The notes under the pieces were generated by a model, which saw only the letters and a program-made list of their open reading frames with translations, ran no database searches and was not told the DNA's origin. A program made the position numbers and the translations under genes. From contig CM035353.1 in assembly GCA_020137815.1 (NCBI GenBank), forward strand, positions 3,596,001 to 3,660,000: 64,000 nt of DNA, read 5' to 3'. Every line of letters begins with the position of its first letter. The first letter of the stretch is position 1. Shown here piece by piece: positions 1-11,200 of the stretch. The DNA is from Hormiphora californensis. Taxonomy: Eukaryota > Animalia > Ctenophora.

Positions 1-357
1 ATAGGCCAGCCGCCATTTCAAATAGCCAGTCGTTCTACCCTATGAAAAGTAATTCTGTGCACAAATACGACTGAACTTGTGCGAGAACTCCAGATATTAG
101 TAGCCATGATCGAACTGACTTGTCTAGTTCAGTATTGATCAGTACGGTTATTTTCCACTAAAGTCTCGCCAACTAAACAAAATAGTAAACTTGTAAATAC
201 ACGCATTATATTATCTATATTGAAGATTTGATACTATGCTGTATCCTCTATCTAATTATATTGAAATCTTGCAGAATTTTAATACCTATATATATCCTGT
301 TAATCTCATCTGGAACTTATTGCTTAACTGAACCTACATACTGGAGTTTTATTTTGT

Positions 358-763
358 AGGTCGGACCCCGATTTATCGGATGCCCGGTATTATAACAGTT
401 GGACCACGATTTATCGGGGGTGCACGGTATTACAGTTGGACAACAATTTATCGGGGGTGCACGGTATTATATCGGGAAATGCCGCTAATCTCGATATTAT
501 AGAAAAGTGAGAAGGAAGCTTGGCTAACAAACGACCTGAAAAAGTGAAGTTTGTCAGCAAGGAGCCTACTGCCTGTGCATTGCCGTGGGAAGAACTCTGT
601 GGCAGTCAAATTGATAAGCTGCCCTGGGCCCAGCTGGGGCATGTGATATTTTATTACGTTACAACGTCACAATTGTATAGTGTAAATTTATCCTTCCGGT
701 AAATCGGGGTTCTGCGCCGATAAATGGGGGGGGGGGGGGGTAAATACATAGTAGTCCAACTGT
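358..763. mobile_element. Degenerate copy of a TA-flanked MITE family with termini CAGTCGGACCCCGATTTA (Tc1/mariner-pogo type)
   Basis: Left end GTCGGACCCCGATTTA with internal re-duplications; right end TAAATCGGGG...GTCCAACTG-TA. Cleaner copies occur elsewhere in the window. Confidence 0.55.
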
Positions 764-986
764 ACCCATAAATTTTATATTCAGTTTAACGTTACTGAGG
801 CACTAATTCCTTCAGCAACGTGCCCCCAATGGTCTTCTTGTAACCAATCCATATAGAAAAATAGTATAACTTTTTATCAAAGCTCTTCTCCGGCACTCCT
901 CACTTTGAATTCCATCGCATATAAACAATAAAACAAGGTAGAATACTCTGAATTCCGGAATTGAATACCGGAATTCCGGTATTCAA

Positions 987-1070
987 TTGCCTGGCTAGAC
1001 TGTGTTTCGGGCGCCCCGCACCCGAAACATCTACCTTTACAAATGTAAAGGGAGGGTTAGAACATAACAA
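987..1070 (+). mobile_element. 84-bp micro-element (TTGCCTGGCTAGACTG...GGGAGGGTTAGAACATAACAA) with 8-bp TSD
   Basis: Flanked by GTATTCAA at 979-986 and 1071-1078. The same termini recur at 20705, 55790 and 58303. Confidence 0.8.
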
Positions 1071-2266
1071 GTATTCAATTCCGGTTTTATGAATACTGGA
1101 ATGCAAATATTAGAGTGTTATTTAGAGTGTCCCAGAAATAATGTCATGTAATATTTTGATACCCGAAGTTGAGTTGCCGCTGAACGGGAGTTTTTCAATT
1201 CTTAAAACGTCACTGAAAAAATTTGAGTTTTCAGAATGGCACCAAAAGATAGCCCATCATCCACAGTTTAGGCACCCATGCGATTTAAGTCTCGACGCAA
1301 CCTATGGAACCGTCAGGGAAAGCTTGCCGCAAAAAAGCGAAAAAGTGTGACTCGGAAGTGAAAAATTTTGATTTTTACCAAAATTTCTTTAAAGCTCCAT
1401 AGCTCAGCAACGAGTAGGTATGCGTCTTCATCCACCATTTTTCTTTCAGCGGAAATTTTAGACCGCTTGTTTCCGGGTTCACCAGGGCGCAATCAAAAAT
1501 CACCAATTTTTTGCTGCCTACAGAGAGAATACAGAGAAAGATTAGTTACGTCATTCTTCACATAGTCGGTGACATAGACACCATGGAGGGGTCAATTTTA
1601 AGCGGGAAAAAAGGCAAAATGCTCTCAGAACTTTTCTCTATATGTACATTGTACTTATACCTACAACAATCTTGTTCAATTCTGTGTCGGTCCACTCTCA
1701 CTTTAAATAAACTTAAGCTAGAAAGTTTTAAATCGGAATCGATGGGCAAGTTGGAAAAATCGGGACATGACAGCCTAATATCACGGGGAAGAAGGTCCAT
1801 TTCGATTCTTGGCTTCCTCGGAATAGAGGTTATAAGGGAGCTATATCTCATGTTTGTTTAAAGAAACAGGGAGGGAGGGTCGAACAAGGCAAGTTATCTC
1901 TTGTTTCGACTATAACAATTCTTAGAATCTGATAACTGATGCTATGAAAACAAGGTCTAATAACCCGGAACCCCTAACACTGTAATAACCAGTTTTTTAT
2001 GCCCGTACTATTTTTATGCCCGTACTATTTTTATGCCCGTATTATTTTATGATATTCAAGCCCCATATTGATACTGCAAACATGGGAAGATTGGACAAAC
2101 GGGTCTTACTTTATTCCAAAACCAGTCTTTAGTTCTAGTTATCGAGTTCACGTCCGACTTTATTTATTTAAGTAATTATCTGCTCATATAAAGGACACGA
2201 CCCATTCGCCGAAATCATTTCTCTATTTTCTTCTGCAACTTCCAGTTCTATATTTTAAAAGTTTCT

Positions 2267-5200
2267 ATGGCTATCGATCCGCGATCGAAAGGGGTAAGGT
2301 CATCATATAATTATATATACATATTTAACTAGCAAAAATCCCTTTATAAGTTTAATATTTTCTTGTTGAGACATGCAGTGTTCTCAAAGCTTCAAATTAT
2401 TGATTTAGTACCATTATGTATCGCTTTTTTTATTACATGACCCCCTTTCAGACATTTTTGGAGCGCCTTGACCAGGGACCTGTCATTGGTGATGGTGGAT
2501 TTGTGTTTGCCCTGGAGAAACGGGGGGTGGTGAAAGCTGGACCTTGGACTCCAGAAGCTGTAATTGAACATCCTGAGGTAAAAGTTGGTTACAAAGTCAC
2601 CCCTTTTATTGCATGAGCAATAAAAACAGAGGGGTAATTTCATTACCAAAGGTAAACGCAATGCGTTCTTTTCTCACGTTCTTTACTATAATACTTTGAA
2701 GCGTCATGATGCCTGAATGGCTGATATTGGGGTTGGAATTAACCCCGCATACTGCACTATGTGTTGCACGTTTTGGGTGAGGTTCGTGTTCGAGGGAATG
2801 CAAAAAGGATATTTGCCATTTGGCCAAATTTGGGTAAAAAATAATTTTTAGAATTTCAAAACCTTTCTATCAGGCTGTAAGGCAGCTGCACACAGAGTTT
2901 GTCCGAGCCGGAAGTGACGTGTGTCAGGCATACACATACTACGGGAGCGAGGACAAGCTAACTAATCGGGGGAACCACGCTGGCCAATATGGGGTAAGTT
3001 AATAGGGGGAACCACGCCGCGCTGGTGCGCTGGCCAATACGGGGCTATATATGGATGGGAACAACCTATATACAGGGTGGGCCAGAAACATGGAGCCACT
3101 TGGAGATAAAAGTTGGAAAAATACAATACTCTCTCTATTGTACGGATCCAAATTTCAACGTGTTACCTTGTCAGTTGACAGGCTGATAATTGTTAGGAAA
3201 GGGTGACTCTCTGTCGATCTCAATCCTCAGGGGACACTTTTTCTAGTCAATAGACCGTGAAAATTACACTGTACATGGGAGAGGGCAATTTTGCATTTGC
3301 GGGCATCGCACTATAATAGACGCAGTACCCACGTACTATAGACGCATTATAAACGCATTATAAACGCATTATAGACGCATTATAGACACACGCAATATAG
3401 ACGCAATTTCGTAAGCAGCACTATAGACGCAATATAGACGCATTATAACAGCAATATAAACGCATTTTTATAGACGCGACGCAGTATAGCCGCATTATAG
3501 GCGCACTACCCACCCCAAAATCACCTTATAGACGCACTATAGACGCATTATAGACTGACTATAGCAGCACCATAAACGCTACATAGACCCATATAGACGC
3601 ATTATAGAAGCATTATAGACGCAAATCGCTTTTTATAGACGCCGCGTCTATAAAAAACGTGCTTTTTTAAGAAGCACTATAGACGTACTCAGACGCACGC
3701 TGCGATATTTGAGGCGCAGTTGGGCGAACTATAAACGCATTTTTGTCGCATATAAAAGGAAGCAGTATACTATATATATATATATATAAACGCATTATAG
3801 ACGCATTATAGCCGCATGTGTGCGAAATCGATAAAGACGCAATATAGACGCAAAATAAGAAGGAGACATGGAGAGAGAGGGATCAGGGAGGGAGAGGGAA
3901 GGAGAGGGAAGGAGAGGGAAGGAGAGGGAAGGAGATGGAAAGATGGAAAGATGGAAAGAGAGGGAGGGAGGGATACAGGGACAGAGACAGAGACAGACGG
4001 ATAAAGACCTGAGACAGAGGGACAGAGTAAGATGGAGAGAGAGAGTAAGATGGAGAGATAGTGAGATAGGGACGGAGTGAGACAGAAAAAGACAGAGATG
4101 GAAACAAACGGACAGAGACAGACGGACAAACACGCGCTTACTATCTCCCTCTCTGTCTCACTCTCTTTCCATCTTAATCTCTCTGCATCATACTTTGTCC
4201 GTCTGTATCAGATCTGTGTCCATCTGTCTCAGTCTGATCTGTCTCTGTATCCCTCCCTCCCTCTCCCTCTTTCCCTCTCCTTCCCTCTCCCTCCCTCCTT
4301 CCTTCCCTCCCTCCTTCCTTCCCTCCCTCCCTCTTCCTCCCTCTCTTTCTCATTTTGCGTCTATATTGCGTCTATATTGCGTCTTTATCGATTTCGCACA
4401 CATGCGGCTATAATGCGTCTATAATGCGTCTATACTGCTTCCTTTTATATGCGACAAAAATGCGTTTATAGTTCGCCCAACTGCGCCTCAAATATCGCAG
4501 CGTGCGTCTGAGTACGTCTATAGTGCTTCTTAAAAAAGCACGTTTTTTATAGACGCGGCGTCTATAAAAAGCGATTTGCGTCTATAATGCTTCTATCATG
4601 CGTCTATATGGGTCTATGTAGCGTTTATGGTGCTGCTATAGTCAGTCTATAATGCGTCTATAGTGCGTCTATAAGGCGATTTTGGGGTGGGTAGTGCGCC
4701 TATAATGCGGCTATACTGCGTCGCGTTTATAAAAATGCGTTTATATTGCTGTTATAATGCGCTTATACTGCGTCTATACTGCTGCTTACGAAAGTCCGTC
4801 TATATTGCGTGTGTCTATACTGCGTCTATAATGCGTCTATAATGCGTCTATAATGCGTTTATAGTACGTGGGTACTGCGTCTATAGTGCGATGACCGCAA
4901 ATGCCAAATTGCCCATGGGAGAGTGGACTGTATTGACACCTTAGTTATCTACAAGTGGCTCCATGTTTCTGGCCCACCCTGTATTATTGTTGTTCCCATG
5001 TCTATCTCTCCATACAAAAACTCATTATCACAATAACTTGATCACCACACAGGTTTACAAGGTGAATGCTGCTGCCTGTGAGATTGCCGGGAGTGTCGCT
5101 AAACCAGCAGGTTGCCTTATTGCAGGGGGAGTTGGTCAGATACCAGCGTACCTTACCACCAGGGACAAGGAGAAGGTGAAGGCTGAAGTGAGGAAACAGT

Positions 5201-8200
5201 TGGAAGTGTTCAAGGATTATAAAGTGGATCTGATGATCAGTGAGGTAGGTGTTAACAAACTCGATCAATATGTAGTTGATCTATACAAATTAAAAACGAC
5301 AGCAGTTTTTAAGGTCTATACACATGTTTTATGGTGCCCCACGATGAGGCACCAATCATCAGTAGACAAAGATCAAAATGAGAATGAATTGGGATAAAGT
5401 ATGACTCCTTCATAAAAACAGTCAGTCAAACGTTCCTAGTTAGAATTAGTAGCTCCATTTCACGTCACATCTTCGTATCTTGGACCTCTAGATTCCCCAG
5501 TTTCAAAGTACGTCAACCATTTCCCTTTCTTGGAGTGTGTAATCTGTATTCCATTTTGATCATTGTTCCTCAAAACCAGACGTCGTACGTGTCCTCAGAT
5601 CCACAAGAGTGCTCAACCACAAATAAATTGAGGGAGCATTGCATTATAGCGAGTTTAGTAGATTGATGACAAGATAGATATCCTGTCCCTTGGTCCGAGA
5701 TCAACAGAGTGCTCTAGCACGGGGTTAGCCGGCGAGCAGTTTATACAAATTAAAAACGACAGCAGTTTTTAAGGTCTATACACATGTTTCATGGTGCCCC
5801 ACGAGGAGGCACCAATCATCAGTAGACAAAGATCAAAATGAGAATGAATTGGGATAAAGTATGACTCCTTCATAAAAACAGTCAGTCAAACGTTCCTAGT
5901 TAGAATTAGTAGCTCCATTTCACGTCACATCTTCGTATCTTGGACCTCTAGATTCCCCAGTTTCAAAGTACGTCAACCATTTCCCTTTCTTGGAGTGTGT
6001 AATCTGTATTCCATTTTGATCATTGTTCCTCAAAACCAGACGTCGTACGTGTCCTCAGATCCACAAGAGTGCTCAACCACAAATAAATTGAGGGAGCATT
6101 GCATTATAGCGAGTTTAGTAGATTGATGATGTAGTTGATCTATAAATAACACAAGATATTCAATATATGTTATAGTTTCATGAAAATATCGTTTAAAATC
6201 GTTTCAAACTTTTCAACACTACTTTAAACAAATTAATTTGAGGATTCGTTTCGCTGCCCCTCGTTAATCCTTCTGAGACTTCTGTTTATCCCCTCTTTTA
6301 AGACAAGACAAGAGAAGACGTGTCTGGTGTTTTTCTAAATAAACAGATCTCAGAGGACCTCGTTGGGTTATAACCAAGGACGCCAAGACTTGCAAGGAAC
6401 GGTTCCTCGCGCCTCTATTTACAGGACAGGATGGCGGGTGTGGCTACCCAGAATGTTGTTATTACGTGCAAGCAGGATTTGAAAGGTGAGCTCCTTACCA
6501 TGAGTTTATCTGAAAAGTGTAAAGGTATAAGCATGGCGAAATCCCTGAGTGATGGAGCAGATACCCCACCAACTGGTGGAACAGTGAAAGTATTATGGAC
6601 ACTCCTGGTGAAGATTTATCAGGCTCTTCCTGATGGCCCTGGGCACCGATGCCCAACCTCATCCTCTGAGTCTACTGTCTCTTTCACTGCTGATGACTTG
6701 AAGGAAACATTTGCCAAGTTGAAAATGGATCTACTGGACACACTACCTGATTTAGTAGCACCTAAGGTCAGTGAAATTCTGGGACCTAAATCACCGTCAC
6801 ATGAAACTACTCCGGGGTTTGGAAATGTGCCAGTGCAGTCTACCTCCCCTGCAACGCCTGTTAAGAGATATCTCAGTATCAAAGACAAAGGAGATGATGG
6901 AACCACACCAATGTGTGAGACTCGGTGGAGTAACGTACTCAAGCCTCAGGTCGAGACAGCACTGATGAGTATTCCAGTTCTGGACCTCTCTGTGAACAAG
7001 AGACGTACCCACCTGCACTTTGAAACTGATGATCAGCTTGAGAAAGCTAAGGAGAAACTTTCTCCGTTCTTAGAGGTATCTACCTTTGTGGAGAAGGAGA
7101 AGAAAAAGGACCCCCGTATTATGATCAATGATTTGGACCAGGATTTGCTTGACAATGAGCGATTGATGTCGGCAATAGTGAGTGACAAGAATGAGGAGGT
7201 GAAGAAGTTGAATGATGAAGGACATATGATCAAGGTGGTACACGTCAATAAAGCAGGGAGGTATGCAGTGGTCCAAGTAACACCGGAGGTTAGGAAGGCG
7301 ATTTCTGAGAAGAAGGACAGACTGTTCCTGAAACTTCGTCAACACGTTGTGAAGAATCGATTCTATGTGACACAGTGTTATCACTGTCAACGTTTTGGAC
7401 ACGTTGCTGGATCAATCTACTGCCCGAATAAAGACAAGTCTGCTGTTTGTGCTTTCTGCACTGGAGATCATGATACCAGACAATGCAAGGCGAAGCTCGA
7501 CAATGATGTAGGCAGAATGAAGTGTGCTAACTGTGAGCAAAGTGGAAAAGAAGATAAGAGGCATGCAAAGACCCATCCGGCATCAAGTGGTCTCTGCCCC
7601 TTCTACATCAATGCTAGAGCTAGACTCATGGAAACTACCAGTGGTGTTACGTCGGAGGAAAAAAACGTGTACCTGACGAGGGCATGGGAAGACCTGAGAA
7701 CAAAAAGGTTTGGAAGATTGGCACGTTAAATGTTCACTCAATTATGAACAAAACGTCGGGGGTTATAACCCACCTAGAAGAAAAGGGATGTGGCATATGC
7801 TTGATTCAAGAAACCTACCTTAAACAGAGTGACACGGCGAAGCTACAAGAGATCAAAGATTACGGGTGGAACATTTTCTCCTCACCAAGGGCAGAGCGTG
7901 CAGGAGGTGGCATTGGAATACTTTACAGGAATGGTATCAAGATAAAGCTGTCGCAGTCAAAGAAAAGCTTCAAGACTTTCCAGGTGCAGGAAGCCCTTAT
8001 TGGTACAGGCGATGATCTTACACGGGCTTGCAATATTTACAGGCCGCCGTACACGGGAAAGGCAAGGTACACCGAGGCACATTTTATGGAGGAATTCTCA
8101 GACTATCTGTCTGAGCTATTGACCAAAACTGGGTACCCTCTTCTAATGGGGGATTTCAACTTTCAGGTACATGATAGTACCAACTTCTATGCAAAGAAGT

Positions 8201-11200
8201 TACTGAGTCAGCTTGATTCTCTAGGATTTGAGCAGCTGGTCCCAAAACAGCCAACGCATACTCGAGGAGGAACTTTGGATCTCATTCTAAGTCAAAAGGA
8301 GAGAGTTGAGAAGATAACGTCGGTGGAAATCTTCCCTGAAGGAACTACTTCTGACCATTATCTGGTCTTAGCGGAACTGTGGATTGATACACCTAGTGGA
8401 GACTATACGTCGCGGGAGCAGGTGGAGATGTACCGAGATTTTAAAGGAATTGATGTGGAGATGTTTCGGTGTGCCTTGCAAACTGTGGACTGGACTGATG
8501 TATTAAACTCAGATTGCCCGGAACGTGCCTTGGAAATATTCGTCAGTATTATGGAGGACTTCGTTGACAAAACAGTCCCTCTTAAGAGGAGAAGAAAAAA
8601 GGGCAAGAAGGACAAGCCATGGAGAAACAATCCAGAGGTGCTCAAGGTTCTTCGTGAACGGCGGCGAGCAGAGCGTGCTTGGGAAGGGAACAAGACACCC
8701 TTGACGAAGAAACAGTTCAATGATCTCAAGAGACAGTTTGGACGGGTGGACAAGAGTGCGAGGATGGAATATGTTAAAGATGACTTGGAGCAGGCGAGAG
8801 ATGATCCTAAAGCCCTTCAGAGAAAGCTTGATCGTCTCCTTGGTAAAAGTGAGACGTTATTACCGGAAACTGGAAACAAACAGAAACTGGCTGAGGATTT
8901 TGCAGATTATTTCCATGGAAAGGTTGAGGATATTCGGACAACTGTCAGAGAGGAGCGGAATCACCTACAGAAAATACGAGCACAAAATTCCATATAAAAA
9001 TGTGTTTGACGGACTGTAACAGTCCGTCAAACACATTTTTATATGGAATTTTGTGCTCGTATTTTCTGTCAGAATCTGTATAACACGCACGTGAATTTGA
9101 GCCGCGGCGCGGCGCATCTGCACGTGCGGGTTTTCAAGAGAGAGTGAGAGACAAACGTACAACGTTAATGTGCGTCTCTCTCTTTAATCTCGCACGTGAA
9201 TTTGAGCCGCGGCGCGGCGCATCTGCACGTGCGGTTCTTCCAGATAGAAATTCCAAATAGAAATCCCAGATAGAAATTCCAAATAAAAATGTGTATGACG
9301 CCGTGTTAGAAGAGAGGAGACACATGTTCTCCAGTCCTCTCTTGAGGAATTTGAGGAAATCTCTGTGGATGAGTTGATTAGGACGGTTGTCGGTTAAGGA
9401 CATGCCGGATAAGACTTGTGATCTTGACGTAGTACCCACGTGGTTGGGCTGTCTTGAGGAACTGGCTCCAGTTCTTATGAGGATTATCAATCTGTCTCTT
9501 ACACATGCTGATGTGCCTAAGATGCTTCAGCAGGCAGTGGTGTTTCCAACGATCAAGAATTCCTATGGGGACAAGGATTCTCTGACGAACTACCGACCGG
9601 TGTCTAATTTGTCGTTTATCTCCAAACTTCTGGAGAAGGTAGTTCTTGAGCAACTCAATGCTTATCTCACCACTAATGCACTTTTGAATAAACACCAATC
9701 TGGTTATAGGGTTGGTCATAGCTGTGAGACCCTTCTCATGGGAATGTTCGATGATCTTCTTCAAGAAGTGGATAAGGGTAATGTCATTGGCCTCTTTCTC
9801 CTTGATATGAGCGCTGCCTTTGACACGGTGGATCATGGGAAGCTGAAGGATGTACTTGAGAGGAGGTTTGGAGTATGTGGATCTGCCCTAAAGTGGTTTT
9901 CTAGCTATCTTCAGTCGCGGAATTTCAGAGTCAACGTTGGTGGAAAACTTTCGAGGATTATTGAGCTTGTTTGTGGAGTTCCCCAGGGATCTCTACTGGG
10001 GCCTGTCTTGTTCCTGTTGTATATTGAAGAGCTCCAGGATCTGGTCAAGCCGTACGGTCTTCGGATCAAGTTGTATGCGGATGACTCCCAACTTTACATT
10101 AGTCTTGTACCTACGGATGAGGATAACTGGAAACTGGCCAAAACGAGGATTGAGGAGTGTTTGTCAAGTGTGAAGGCGTGGATGAACGATCACTGGCTTA
10201 AATGTAATCAAGCGAAAACTGAGTTCCTGCTTCTTGGAAAGAGCAGTGCCCTGGATAAGATGGAGTTTGTGCCTACTGTTGATTTTGGTGGTGTGGAGAT
10301 TTCTCCGATGGAGTGTACAGGAAAGACAGGAAAAACACTTGGGGTTTACTTGGACACGAATCTATCTATGGAGAGACAGGTAAACAGCGTGAAGAGGCAG
10401 TGTGGAATGCTCTTGAAGAACCTGTGGCAGGTGAATCGCAGCCTGGATATTCCTACTAAAATCCTCCTGGTCAAGCAACTGATTGTTTCTCGGCTTGACT
10501 ATTGCAACATCCTATACGCTGGATTGCCAAAGAAGCTTCTTGAAAGCCTTCAGAGGACATTGAACTCGTGTGTGAGGTTCATCTATAACCTTCATGGACA
10601 TCAAGATGACTATTCTCAGTATCTTAAGGGCACTCATATCCTACCTATGGAGCAGCGTGTGGAATTCAAGGCATGCTTGATGGCGTTTAAAATTGTTCAT
10701 AACCTAGCCCCGGATTATCTCTGTGACCAAGTACCAGTTGAGGACTTGGAGGCTGTTCGAACCACCCGTGGAACTGCAACGCCTGATCACTACAAGCTTA
10801 AGTATCCTAAGCTTTCGAGTATTAACGCCAACTCCAAGTTGAGAAGGAGGTGACCGTCTGTCTTCCTACCTGAAGTGTGGAATGAGCTCCCCCTGGAGCT
10901 TCGATCAGTTGAGTCAGTGGATCTGTTCAAGTCGAGGTTAAAGACAAGATTGTTTGTGGAAGCATTCGGAGCCAGCGGAGGATGAGGTTCCTTGTTTCGC
11001 CTGCTTTCATCAGGTATTTCGCCTAGCTTGTATTTATTTTCTTTTGGTTCTGTTTTACCGCTCATGGTAAGGTTTTTATTGGCATTTTATAGCATTTTTT
11101 CGAGTGAAGCACGAGTGGAAATGATATTTACAGACATTTTCTACCATCTAATGTGGACGTTTTTCCATCTATATCAGTCTGTTATCTCATCTGGACAGTT

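Larger units (their letters stand above)
5286..6128 (-). mobile_element. Tandem 1.8-mer (460-bp period) hammerhead-bearing element, retrozyme/Penelope pseudo-LTR-like
   Basis: 5282-5669 is repeated at 5742-6129. Flanked by the direct repeat ATGTAGTTGATCTATA (5270-5285, 6129-6144). Each unit holds a hammerhead motif on the minus strand. No long ORF. Confidence 0.8.

Noticed and set aside
3795-4424. ER/SL-repeat ORFs (also at 12.8-13.2, 44.3-44.9 and 48.9-49.2 kb)
   Set aside because: Translations of GA/CT microsatellites.
6201-6330. SL-RNA gene
   Set aside because: No GT donor follows the leader; the downstream sequence is the LINE 5'UTR.
10851-10853. Programmed read-through or selenocysteine at the ORF2 TGA
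   Set aside because: The element has other inactivating lesions; a CGA-to-TGA decay after an Arg run is simpler.
10990-11020. Minus-strand CTGATGA...GAAAC in the LINE 3'UTR as a hammerhead
   Set aside because: The intervening AAGCAGGC cannot form stem II and there is no stem I or III. Similar chance hits at ~6690, ~35586 and ~40990 also fail.
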